Shown one piece after another: positions 54,356 to 64,000 of a DNA stretch of 64,000 nt; positions within the stretch are counted from its first letter, which is position 1, and the number at the start of each line of letters is the position of its first letter. The stretch spans positions 2,166,440 through 2,230,439 of the forward strand of contig OZ252243.1 in NCBI GenBank assembly GCA_965249555.1, written 5' to 3'. The position numbers and the translations under genes are program-made. The notes beneath the pieces are model-generated. The model saw only the letters and a program-made list of their open reading frames with translations, was not told where the DNA came from and ran no database searches. This stretch comes from Nitrosopumilus sp. Its GTDB lineage: Archaea; Thermoproteota; Nitrososphaeria; Nitrososphaerales; Nitrosopumilaceae.

Positions 54356-54939
54356 TTTTAGAATTTGTAATGTGAATGATAAAAGAATAGCAATCAGAAT
54401 TTTGTTCGCAAATTAAATTTTAAAAAAAGAGCAGGTGTGAAAATTGAGGGAAGTAACAAGTGGATTACACTAATTCAAAATGCGAGTAAAAGAAAATAAT
54501 CATTATTTTAATTTACAATAAAGAGTATCTTTGGATTGCACGTATGACATTACAAGAACTTTTTCAATTCCATGAATGCGTAGGGTTTTTTCTTGAGATT
54601 TAACCGCATAACCACTTTGTTTATTTTTTAGTATAGACTACCAAAAAGTATCCATTTTTTTAAGTATTGTATAGTAAACTTTGAATCCTAAGTCGTTTCT
54701 AGAGATATTACTTGGGTCCCACTCTAGATTTGTCAATGTTATCTAAGAGATTATCGAAACAATTCCCTTTAATAACATTAGGATTACCATCAAACTCTTC
54801 TACTATTTTTGCAGCTTGTTCATCAGTTAGGATTTTTGTTTGCTCAACAATTTCAGACATTAACAATCACCAATTATTATCACATATTAACTATAGGCAG
54901 TTGTTATTAAATGAATTTGACCAATAGGCGTACTTCATC

Positions 54940-55173
54940 GTATGTATCAACCTTCACGCACAAATCAGGGCATGAGGATGTTCTCCGTTTTTCTTGCATG
55001 CCTTGAGACATGGAGAATAATGGAATTGAACATGTTTTCTGAGATGGCAAAATACATCTAAGTGCTTGATACATGTCCGTCATCTTTTGATTGAAAGCAT
55101 TCCCTAGCGAAGACTATGCCTCTGGATGCAAAAAAGTAGGAAATGTATAAAAACAATTCACAGGGATACATAC
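54940..55173 (+). mobile_element. IS66-derived MITE fused at GATACAT to the IS110 B 3' tail
   Basis: IS66 left end joined to the last ~105 bp of IS66, then GTCCGTCATC...CAGGGATACATAC. Confidence 0.8.
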
Positions 55174-55181
55174 GTTGAAGG

Positions 55182-55320
55182 GTATGTATCAACCTTCACG
55201 CACAAATCAGGGCATAAGGATGATCTCCGTCTTTCTTGCATGCCTTGAGGCACGGGAAACCAAGGGGATTGGGCATGTTTTCTGAGATGATGAAATCCAT
55301 CTAAAGTGCTTGATGCATAC
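55182..55320 (+). mobile_element. IS66-derived MITE (139 bp) with 8-bp target duplication GTTGAAGG
   Basis: GTATGTATCAA...TTGATGCATAC; GTTGAAGG at 55174 and 55321. Confidence 0.88.
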
Positions 55321-55358
55321 GTTGAAGGTGTTTTATATGATGAAGAATATCTCACTAT

Positions 55359-55577
55359 TCTTTCAGAATTGCAAAGAGAAGAAAACAAAGGTGGCAGCTG
55401 CAAGACCGGATGCTTGCAATAATTTGGGTACATGCTAACTCTGAAAGTGTATCGTACACAAAATCATGAACTGACACAACGAAAGTGTAAGATGCAAGGC
55501 ATATCTGAGATGTCCTGATTCAGCAAAGCACACTAGGAAGTGTCCTCAGTAGGGTTGGAGACGATTTCGTATGGGAG
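55359..55577 (+). mobile_element. IS110 element A 3' fragment
   Basis: Matches 53012-53230. Confidence 0.85.
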
Positions 55578-55757
55578 AACCTCTAAAGTCTTAAATTATC
55601 ATTTTTGTAAAATACATTGAAGATTAAGCAAACATTAAGCGTTCGTGCTTCTTGTCCTTGTTTTCTTTTCATCTTCGAAGACCAAATGAAGCCTTATACC
55701 CCGAAAGGCATAAGGTGGATTTTTATTATTTTTAATTTTATAATTTTATAATTAATT

Positions 55758-55840
55758 GCCACGATACGCAAGTCAGGTATGCGGGGTGCCTTCTAAGCTA
55801 TGTTTCGCAGCACTCGCGGGTTCAAATCCCGCCTCTGGCG
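55758..55840 (+). pseudogene. Ser-like class II tRNA remnant or hybrid with TCT in the anticodon position
   Basis: D arm CGC...GCG, variable arm TGTT-TCGC-AGCA, T arm GCGGG TTCAAAT CCCGC, G73; mismatches in acceptor and anticodon stems. Confidence 0.6.
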
Positions 55841-55918
55841 TTATCATTTCAACAACTCATCCCAATACCCTCCAATACATCAGAGAGTCAGTCATGTGAT
55901 TAAAAAAAAAGATGGAGT

Positions 55919-56356
55919 CTAGAATCGACTCACAGAGGCTACTGAGGTATCTTGGATTGTTGTTCCTTGCAGTGTTGTACCATTGATAAACAAGGTGTAA
56001 GATTCACCCATACCCATACTTGAAGAACCAGTGACATCTCCAACAAATACAGTTACAGCCCCCGGTGGCAAGTCAGTTGGTGTGAATGCAAATGTGAACG
56101 GATCAATTGCCCCACCGTCAATAGTATCAAAATTTAACTGTCCAGTCACACCACTAAGAGGTGAATTTCCAGCATTTTTGATCTTAACTGACAACAAAGC
56201 AGTACCGCTTGAACCCTTTTTGAGTTCAACAGTTTCAATTTCCAAGGATTCAGACTGAGCTTGACTAATAGATGATGCACCCAGGACTGAACCTACAATA
56301 ACTGCAATTGCCACTGCTAATCCAACACCAATAAGAACTTCTTTTGTATGTTGCAT
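55919..56356 (-). CDS. archaeal type IV pilin-like protein (class III signal peptide apparently damaged)
   Basis: Glu followed by a hydrophobic helix; VKIKNAGN and LPPG motifs; last gene of the pilus operon. Confidence 0.75.
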   Translation of the reverse strand: MQHTKEVLIGVGLAVAIAVIVGSVLGASSISQAQSESLEIETVELKKGSSGTALLSVKIKNAGNSPLSGVTGQLNFDTIDGGAIDPFTFAFTPTDLPPGAVTVFVGDVTGSSSMGMGESYTLFINGTTLQGTTIQDTSVASVSRF

Positions 56357-56404
56357 TATTCATTATAGAACAATTTGTATTCAGTGGGAATTTCTTTGAA
56401 TCAA

Positions 56405-58327
56405 TCATGTCACCATATCAGAAATAACATCAAAGAAAAAATCCCATCCAACAAAGATGACAGATGATATAACCATACATATTCCCATTGGCGTGGTTGC
56501 AAGAAACGATGAATATGCAACTCTGGATATTACAATTCCTGAACACACTGACATTACAAATATTGCAGGTTTCAGAGATGTTAGAATTGATGATACATCA
56601 AATTTTTGAAAATATTTAGCAGTTGTCGCATCAACATGTACTCCCTGCGGAATTACTGGAATGTGTTCTGTAAATGACAACATAAGTGTAGATATCGCAG
56701 AAAGAGTAATAAAAAATATCAAGGGAGCAAACAAAAGCAACAAGGAAGACATTTTCAATGTATCATCCATTCTGTTTTTGATTTGTATTGTTCTTTGACT
56801 AAAATAGTGCAATCGCTCAAGCCCCGATATTGTGGATTTGTGACCTCCATCAAATATTGATTGCAACACAAAGAGCATCATTTTCAGTCTCTCAGAATTA
56901 ATAGTATCATTAAAAAAGACATCATGTTTTTTATCAGAAAAAGAATTCATGTCGTACTGTATATCATGCAATACATCTGAGAATCTACCGTACTTTTTTT
57001 CCATGTCATAGTGAAATATTCTTTTCATAGATGTCACAAAGTTAGAATCCACTTTGCGCCTTTCTATCAAATCTCTCACAAATGGAACAAAGCCATCAAC
57101 TGTAGAGCGAATCACACCCATTTGACGCGATACAAAAATTCCATTAGCAATACAAGCTATCGCAAGACCCACAGAAACGGACATCAAGACATCAGATGAT
57201 ACCACATAACATGGAATAATCATGACTAGTCCCAATAAAGAAAGAGGGTAAAACTGCACATCAAAGTCACTTTTCTTGTGATACATCAGAATAGAGAATG
57301 CTGTAAAAAACAACGGAGTAACAAGAATTGTCATTGATACCATTCCAATAATATCTGATTCTGGAACTGCAAATGACATCATAATTAATAATGCCGGAAC
57401 CATGATTAGTGCGATTCCTCCAAATACAAATATCGTGGATATCTTGCCAATTCCTTTTTCATCAGATGTGATGGTTTTTTCAAACTCCACAGATGCAGTC
57501 TTTACAATAAAATCATCCAATCCTGATGGGTTTGATTTTGATATGTCAAAATATGCAAAAAGAAATGTCTTAAACGTCTTGTTTGCATGCTCGTTTGCAA
57601 GCTGATTTATGGCAAAAGATTCTGTCATGCCATCAAAGTCAACCCATCTTTGTAGCATCTTAGCATCACGCTCGATTGCAGGAAATATGCTCTGATCAAT
57701 GAGACGCATCATACTGTGATATAGATTCATTTTTCCCAAGTGCGATATGTGCAGGTATGACAGAAAATATGAGAGGTCCCTGTCATATCTTGCAGAAGAA
57801 TCAGCAAAGAGCAACATATTTGAAATTCTAGGCAACAATAAAATGAAAAATGGAACTGCAATTAATAATGCAAAAAATACCTGCCCTGATAGTATGACTG
57901 CTGCAAATGCCAATATGGCACATATTGGTATGCTGCACACAAATGCGACGATTGTTTTTCGGGATGATTCAGTTGGCTTTTGCAGCTCTCCTGCTTTAAT
58001 GGATCCAGATAAAACGGTATTGCGTATATTTCCATCAAGTTTTATGAAAAAACCATTCCTCATTAATCGTGCAAATAAAATCCCCAATACAGAACTTTTT
58101 GATTGCGTTACAGATACGGTATGACGAGATTTTAATGATTTTTTCATGTGAGAAATTCCAGACAGTACATAACTCAAAAACAAAGCCACTATTCCTGCAG
58201 ATACAAAAATTATAGATGTTACATAATGCTCAGTAAACCCAAAAATAACACCAATAAAGAAAAACAGAAACGACATCGGTAACTGCAGTGTGTACAAATA
58301 AGATAATCTATGAGAATTTTGTATCAT
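56405..58327 (-). CDS. TadB/TadC (GspF-like) pilus assembly membrane protein
   Basis: Duplicated cytoplasmic domain plus TM architecture, directly downstream of the ATPase. Confidence 0.75.
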   Translation of the reverse strand: MIQNSHRLSYLYTLQLPMSFLFFFIGVIFGFTEHYVTSIIFVSAGIVALFLSYVLSGISHMKKSLKSRHTVSVTQSKSSVLGILFARLMRNGFFIKLDGNIRNTVLSGSIKAGELQKPTESSRKTIVAFVCSIPICAILAFAAVILSGQVFFALLIAVPFFILLLPRISNMLLFADSSARYDRDLSYFLSYLHISHLGKMNLYHSMMRLIDQSIFPAIERDAKMLQRWVDFDGMTESFAINQLANEHANKTFKTFLFAYFDISKSNPSGLDDFIVKTASVEFEKTITSDEKGIGKISTIFVFGGIALIMVPALLIMMSFAVPESDIIGMVSMTILVTPLFFTAFSILMYHKKSDFDVQFYPLSLLGLVMIIPCYVVSSDVLMSVSVGLAIACIANGIFVSRQMGVIRSTVDGFVPFVRDLIERRKVDSNFVTSMKRIFHYDMEKKYGRFSDVLHDIQYDMNSFSDKKHDVFFNDTINSERLKMMLFVLQSIFDGGHKSTISGLERLHYFSQRTIQIKNRMDDTLKMSSLLLLFAPLIFFITLSAISTLMLSFTEHIPVIPQGVHVDATTAKYFQKFDVSSILTSLKPAIFVMSVCSGIVISRVAYSSFLATTPMGICMVISSVIFVGWDFFFDVISDMVT

Positions 58328-59855
58328 AATATTTGGTTAGTAAATTCAATACTTTTTTTGGTGTGTCTGCGTTTTGTGGAATTATCTGTTTTAAGAAATC
58401 AATTCGTTTATTCAGGTCTGTCTTGATATCACTTGATGCATCAAGTGATGCTGCATATTGCAGTCTTTTGCTTTTTGATATTATGTCATCTATATTACTG
58501 CCTTCAAAAGAGTCAGCACTAGGATTGTATTGGCATAGATTTACAAGAGTTGTTTTGGTGCCATCAAAATACACTTCATCAAAAGAGATGCATTTTCTGA
58601 TTAGTTTTTTGTCCTTTGTAATGATTATACCTATGTTAAGAATAAACCAAAGATGTGTCAATGATGCTTCATCGACTCCAATCTCGGTAACTAGCCTCTG
58701 CTTTGCGCCTTGTGTAGAGTATGCATGAAAAGATGACAATGCAGAGTGTCCTGTAGATATAGCATCAAAGAGTTTCTTTGCAGATTTTCCACGCACTTCA
58801 CCTACTCCAACCATCTTTGGTCTGTGCCTTAGTATGGCATCAAGCAGAAATTCAAATCTTTTTGGATACTCATCAGAAGTTATTGATGCATCAATGATTA
58901 GTGGCGTCCAGTCATATTGTGGCACTTGCAGTTCTGCCGTATCCTCAATGGTCATGATTTTAGATGATTTTGGAAATAAAGGAAACAATGAATTCAAAAG
59001 AGATGACTTGCCAGCACCAGTACTGCCCACTATTAATCCAGTTCCCTGCACATCAAAGAACTTCCAGATTGTAGATACCACAGAGTATGGAATGATATCC
59101 CTCAAAAACATGTCAAATAATGTGAGTGGTTTTTGGCTTTTGAGACGTATTGAAAAACAAGGAGATTTGGGGGATAGTGTGTCGCTGCAAATTATTGCCA
59201 TCCTATACAAATCATCTATCTGAACATCAATTATAGGATCAGAGTCAGATATGTGCTTGCCACCAAAGGATGCCATATGCTCCAAGTATTCCTCCATGTG
59301 CTCTTTATCATCAAATCGTATGTTGGTACGCAACACTTCATGCTCCAGATAATCCCTGTGCATCACACCAACTGAACTCCAATCTGAACATGTAATGTCC
59401 TCAAGATGTGCACGGTCATTCATCAGTACATCAAGTATGCCATACCCCAAAATATCACGATTCAGGTAATACCCGAAGGCTTTGAAATTTTTGTTAAATA
59501 CATCAGCTAGTCCAAGTTCGCTTGCTGCAATCTCTGCAGATTTTAATAAATTTTTGATTGTGATTGTTTCATCATCGTATTTTCTAATCTGCTTGTAGTT
59601 TATTATTCTCTCATATGCCTTTGCTGCAATATCATCTGAGAATTGTGGCTCATCTACCAAATATTGATGGTCAGATGTAATCATTACAGTAGCTCCTGCT
59701 CTTTCATATGTCGATATTGTTTTTTGTGGTTTTGCATGAAATGAATGTAATGTATTTTTTGAGATACGTTTTTGTGTTTGTGTTTTAGGTTTTGCCTCAA
59801 AGGAAATAGTTTTTGATTTCTGTGCAATCCAATCCAAATATTTTTTTATTTTCAT
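58308..59855 (-). CDS. type II/IV secretion ATPase (VirB11/TadA/FlaI family)
   Basis: Walker A GSTGAGKS, Asp box TIEDTAE, Walker B RHRPKMVGVGEVRG, His box TGH..LSSFHA. Confidence 0.92.
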   Translation of the reverse strand: MKIKKYLDWIAQKSKTISFEAKPKTQTQKRISKNTLHSFHAKPQKTISTYERAGATVMITSDHQYLVDEPQFSDDIAAKAYERIINYKQIRKYDDETITIKNLLKSAEIAASELGLADVFNKNFKAFGYYLNRDILGYGILDVLMNDRAHLEDITCSDWSSVGVMHRDYLEHEVLRTNIRFDDKEHMEEYLEHMASFGGKHISDSDPIIDVQIDDLYRMAIICSDTLSPKSPCFSIRLKSQKPLTLFDMFLRDIIPYSVVSTIWKFFDVQGTGLIVGSTGAGKSSLLNSLFPLFPKSSKIMTIEDTAELQVPQYDWTPLIIDASITSDEYPKRFEFLLDAILRHRPKMVGVGEVRGKSAKKLFDAISTGHSALSSFHAYSTQGAKQRLVTEIGVDEASLTHLWFILNIGIIITKDKKLIRKCISFDEVYFDGTKTTLVNLCQYNPSADSFEGSNIDDIISKSKRLQYAASLDASSDIKTDLNKRIDFLKQIIPQNADTPKKVLNLLTKYYDTKFS

Positions 59856-60502
59856 GGTACCATCAGTCCCAAACTAAAAAACCAAAGAAGGAAGAGAGCA
59901 ACAGTTGAAAAGACAAATTGTGGATGTGCAGAAAAGACATATTTTGTGTCAGGAAGTAGTTTGTTGTTTCTCTTCATTGATAACAGACATGCCCCATCAG
60001 AGGTTATTTTCTCAGCAGATAACACGAATCTGTCATTAGCTCGTCTGCGTCTTGCCATGACAAACCAGTAAGCAGTTTTTAGCTTGCTCTTTTTTGTTTG
60101 GGGTACGTCATGGAACAGTGAGCGGTATTGTATGATATCTGATGCGTTATATGCAATATTTGAGAAAATTATCACATAGTTTTGAATAACTAGTGTTCCA
60201 ACAAGAACACAAATGCCTGTTGGGAATGGTCCAATATATGGGACTGCAAAGGATAATAGCAGCATTCCAAGCAAGTCTGCTTGACCAAACAATCGTGTAA
60301 AATACGCCATACCTATCACAAGTGCTGATACTGCAAACATCAAAGCATCTGATGTGATTGATGAGAACTCAAAAAGCAACTTGTATGATATGATAACTAT
60401 TGCAGTCCCCGCAAACCAGTATAGTTTAATCTTGCGATACTTGACATCCAATAAACTGAAAAACACAAACATTGCAAACATGAATAGTTCTAGATACAAC
60501 AA
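59852..60502 (-). CDS. A24-family prepilin peptidase (PibD/FlaK-like)
   Basis: SLLDVKYRKI and FGQADL aspartate motifs in a polytopic membrane protein. Confidence 0.85.
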   Translation of the reverse strand: MLYLELFMFAMFVFFSLLDVKYRKIKLYWFAGTAIVIISYKLLFEFSSITSDALMFAVSALVIGMAYFTRLFGQADLLGMLLLSFAVPYIGPFPTGICVLVGTLVIQNYVIIFSNIAYNASDIIQYRSLFHDVPQTKKSKLKTAYWFVMARRRRANDRFVLSAEKITSDGACLLSMKRNNKLLPDTKYVFSAHPQFVFSTVALFLLWFFSLGLMVP

Positions 60503-60628
60503 ACTAGAGTGAAAAAATCAAATTTAAAGGAACAATGAACGGAGAATAAAACGCTGGTTCCATCAAATCTTTACTTTTTCTTTTGACTCTCAAAAATCAT
60601 TTATAATAAAAAATAATTTGTGAATCAC

Positions 60629-60784
60629 TCAAGACATTCCAACAGTCAGAATCTCCACCCTTATCTGAGATAGTGATGCAGACTCTGTAAACCCAGATAT
60701 CAGTCCGGTGGCGTAGGACATTGTTAGGCCAGTTAACACTATTGCTGCAACAACAAATAGTATTTTTGTGATATTAGAGTCCAA
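60629..60784 (-). pseudogene. short pilin-like N-terminal remnant next to IS5
   Basis: LDSNITKILFVVAAIVLTGLTMSYATGLISG hydrophobic helix upstream of the peptidase. Confidence 0.35.
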
Positions 60785-60790
60785 TATTTG

Positions 60791-61660
60791 CAACACGTCC
60801 TAAAACTGATCATTTTGCGGATATTTGATGATAATATGAAACCAACAATAACAACCCAGACATGTATTCATGATTCACAAAGAAATATCAGACGCTCAAT
60901 GGAGCACAGTTGCATCACATCTGCCAAAACCGGCAAGAACCGAAATACCAAGGAACAATGACAGGACAGTAATCAACGGAATATTATATGTGTTGACTAC
61001 TGGTTGCAGGTGGGCAGACATACCAAAGAGATACTGCTCAAAATCCACCGCGCATCTGCGATTCCAGGAATTTCAAAAGAGAGGCATTTGGAAAAAGATC
61101 CCATCCAAGCTAGCCAAATCCGCACACAGAGAAGGAAAGATCAAGCTGCAAAAGATTTCAATTGACTCGTCGTCAATTGCTGCAAAAAAAGCGATTTAGT
61201 AGGATATGACGGATTCAAAAGGATTTTAGGCACAAAATTGCATGTCGCAGTGGAGAAGACAGGACTGCCGGTTTCAATTGTGTGCAGTCCTGCAAATGTC
61301 CATGACAGTACCAAGTTCATCGATGTGCTAGAAAACATCTCAGATTTTCTTGATGATGATGCACTCGCAAAGACCGTATCGGCATATGCAGACAAGGGCT
61401 ATGATGCCTGCATACATCAGGGATTATCTCAAGTGCCATGGAATTGGCTGCAGCATTCCCTACAAAAAAATTCTAAATCCATCACCCCGAAAAATCGTAA
61501 AAACAATTACAACAAGGTATGTCGTGGAGAGGTTTCTTTGCATAGCTCAAATGCGGGTTTAGAAGAACTACAATCAGATACGAAAGGAATTGCGAGAACT
61601 ATCTCGGACTCGTGTATCTGGCATCAATTATTATGTATTGGAGGGTTATAGGATGAGTTG
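60791..61660 (+). mobile_element. IS5-family element, frameshifted second copy
   Basis: Near-identical to 1697..2569 with the same TIRs. Confidence 0.9.
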
Positions 61661-61724
61661 TAAATACACAAACTTAGAATTATCATCGTATGCTAGTAGA
61701 GTTAGTCAATCATCAGAATTATTT

Positions 61725-62858
61725 GAGACTTGGGCATAATGATTTACAAAAAAACCAAAACTTTTCTCTAACAACAAAGCATTCTTTTCACAATCCTTGG
61801 ATTCTCACTTTTAATTACACAATTATAATACACTGCCAACTGATACGCCAGCACGCAAATCAGCACGAATGATTGTACGTTCTCAAGTCCTTTCACCGGA
61901 ACTGTTCTAATGCTAAACGTATCCTTGATTGTTTCAAAGAGTGCTTCAATTGATTTTCCCTGAGAATATAATTTCCGACCAACTGCTGAATTGTAAAACC
62001 CTGTCAACTTTATTCTGTCTGGTGGGCGTAGAATGGTATTTTTTGACTGGACAGATTAATCTCATGGCATTATTCTTAGTTGACTTGTATGGTTTGGAAT
62101 CATCATATGCCGGATCACACCATATACTATTCATCAATCCAGAAAGTGACCAATCAATTTCTCATATAGCTTGCTGTCATGGACATTAGCAGTAGTTACA
62201 CATGGCAGATAATGGAACTAGCCTTTCCCGTACTGCAACTCATGTGTAGTTTGTATCCATACGCCCAACCCCTTGATTTGGAGAATCCCCACTTGGCATT
62301 TGTGTCAATTCCTGTAATTGGCAAGTGATTCTTTTTGATGTCTGATTTGTGCCATACTGGACTTGAATCTTTTAGCATTGAACTATCAACTGATGCTGAT
62401 TCACTATTCACCAATCCTTCTGAGACAAACAAATTTCCTACAGTGCTAATAATTTCATTGATTGGCAAACATTGAAATCTTCTGTCAATTGTCCTTCTGT
62501 CAGAGATTTAATCTGCAAACCTTGAGTAATTTGTCATTGATACATTTGATTGAGAGAAAATAATGCAGTGTGCTGTCACTTGGAATTCTCATCCATGACT
62601 TTATGATGTATAATTACACCATCAGAACAGTCGAATGGACATATGGCCGTTCCCCGTCTCACTGCATTCTCATACAGATATAGTGTTCCAGCCAGATACA
62701 AAATACCAATAAGAAATGACTCACATAGAATCTTGCTAGGGATTTTTATTTGTTTTGTAATTATTACAATGAACAAAACATGATGAGATCCTTTGCTTTT
62801 TCTATTTGAATAATTTGAGAAATCGGTTAAAAATGAGAATTGATTATGCCCATGTCTC
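61725..62858 (-). mobile_element. DDE_Tnp_1-type IS (family uncertain: IS5/IS982/ISNCY-like), fragmented
   Basis: TIR GAGACTTGGGCATAAT / ATTATGCCCATGTCTC; VDSS, AKWG...YGYKLH, DPAYD and SIEALF motifs. Confidence 0.8.
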
Positions 62859-62860
62859 AA

Positions 62861-63775
62861 TTAATTAAACAACTTACAATATAATTCATTTAAAAATTCA
62901 GGAGGATTACTATTCAACACAGTTGCAACTTTTCTGACATTAGTACTACAATCAAGAATAGCAAAAGATTCATCACATTCTTTAAACATAGGAATATCTA
63001 AATCACTATCTCCCACACCTATTCTTATATGATATAACCTATTCAGATTTAGTTGAGAAGGGGAAGATAAATAACGTATTGCAGTTCCCTTAGTAATTCC
63101 TTTTTTGGTAATATGATATGTATTTTTAGTTGTATTGCATTCAACATCAATATTGGAATCACGAATAGTATTTCTCAATACTTTTTCCTCTGTAAAAGAT
63201 TTTAACAATACCATTTCTGTTTCTCTTATTCTTTGCTTCGGATCTACTTTGTGAGGTATTTTCTTTTCTTTTAGATAATTAATGAATTTTGATGGATTGG
63301 TGTTATTACCAAAGTGTTCTGAAGGTAAATCAATTGCACCAATAATCACACCGCCAGCTTCTGCAATACCATGGGAATCCATATTGTATAGTGTATTCAA
63401 GTCATTTACTTCTTTACGGTCTCTACCAGTACAGAAAAATATTCGACAATCTTTGTTATGTAATTTTGTAAATATTTCACTTACATTAGAGTCAAGTGTT
63501 TTTATGTCACCATGAGTTATAGTACTATCAATATCAAAAAACAGATTTAAAATTTTGCTGGTTTTATTTAGGGATGTTTTTTTATTTATTATAATATCAT
63601 AATTTTGAATTGTATTGATATTATCTAATATTATTTTAACTTCATTGTTTGTTATTTCAGATTTTGGAGAAAAGCTGAAACCATGATCATTATTGTTTAC
63701 AGAATTATAATATGGTTGTAATTGTGTTTTTATTTTTTTCACATTTTTTTTAGTACAATTTATATAAATTCTCAA
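62861..63775 (-). CDS. HAD-superfamily (Cof/phosphoglycolate phosphatase-like) hydrolase with N-terminal extension
   Basis: FFDIDSTI, CTGR, KGTAI and GVGDSDLDIPMF motifs. Confidence 0.88.
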   Translation of the reverse strand: MRIYINCTKKNVKKIKTQLQPYYNSVNNNDHGFSFSPKSEITNNEVKIILDNINTIQNYDIIINKKTSLNKTSKILNLFFDIDSTITHGDIKTLDSNVSEIFTKLHNKDCRIFFCTGRDRKEVNDLNTLYNMDSHGIAEAGGVIIGAIDLPSEHFGNNTNPSKFINYLKEKKIPHKVDPKQRIRETEMVLLKSFTEEKVLRNTIRDSNIDVECNTTKNTYHITKKGITKGTAIRYLSSPSQLNLNRLYHIRIGVGDSDLDIPMFKECDESFAILDCSTNVRKVATVLNSNPPEFLNELYCKLFN

Positions 63776-64000
63776 TATAATAAAAATTATTACAGCTTAT
63801 TAATCTGTTTTTACATACAGTTTAACTTTATCAATACCTAATTTATCATTCTCTCCAAATTTTAATTGATAAAGTTTTTCTTCAAAGTTTTCTTGATTGT
63901 TAGGATCTATTTTTGCAGCAGCTGAAACACAAAAACTTTCTTTAGGAATTGTTTCAATTGTATGTGATTCTGTTATATCGTTAAATTTTTCTACTAATGC

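Noticed and set aside
55691-55717. Hairpin GCCTTAT...CCGAAAGG...ATAAGGT as a hammerhead ribozyme
   Set aside because: No CTGATGA core nearby; at most a simple stem-loop.

Overview
AT-rich, IS-saturated accessory region. It is most likely archaeal (Nitrosopumilaceae/Thaumarchaeota), inferred from IPSWIK and SPLKQ...PACV secreted-protein domains, NAC-type UBA repeats, an archaeal prepilin peptidase/ATPase/TadC pilus operon and TATA-like promoters. The backbone looks like a decaying conjugative or integrative element: a VirB6-like gene, a PrgI-like gene, large secreted proteins and a type IV pilus locus. It is interspersed with protein toxin-antitoxin genes and many IS66, IS110/IS1111, IS1595, IS5, IS6 and IS630 copies and MITEs. 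The main finding is a non-coding module present three times (18.6, 28.0, 48.5 kb). Each copy holds a 71-nt tRNA-like gene with alanine identity elements (G3.U70, A73) but a non-Ala anticodon (AAG, GAA, GAA). Back-to-back with it is a predicted ~45-nt small RNA whose 5' 13-15 nt are exactly complementary to that same copy's anticodon arm and co-vary with it. This is a candidate all-RNA toxin-antitoxin system (mistranslating tRNA plus antisense anti-tRNA). Further identity-swapped or broken tRNAs lie at 28.9, 52.9 and 55.8 kb. Two IS110-family elements show guide segments that co-vary with their insertion flanks, and one appears programmed against the IS66 terminal repeat. All calls come from reading the sequence and ORF track; no searches were run.
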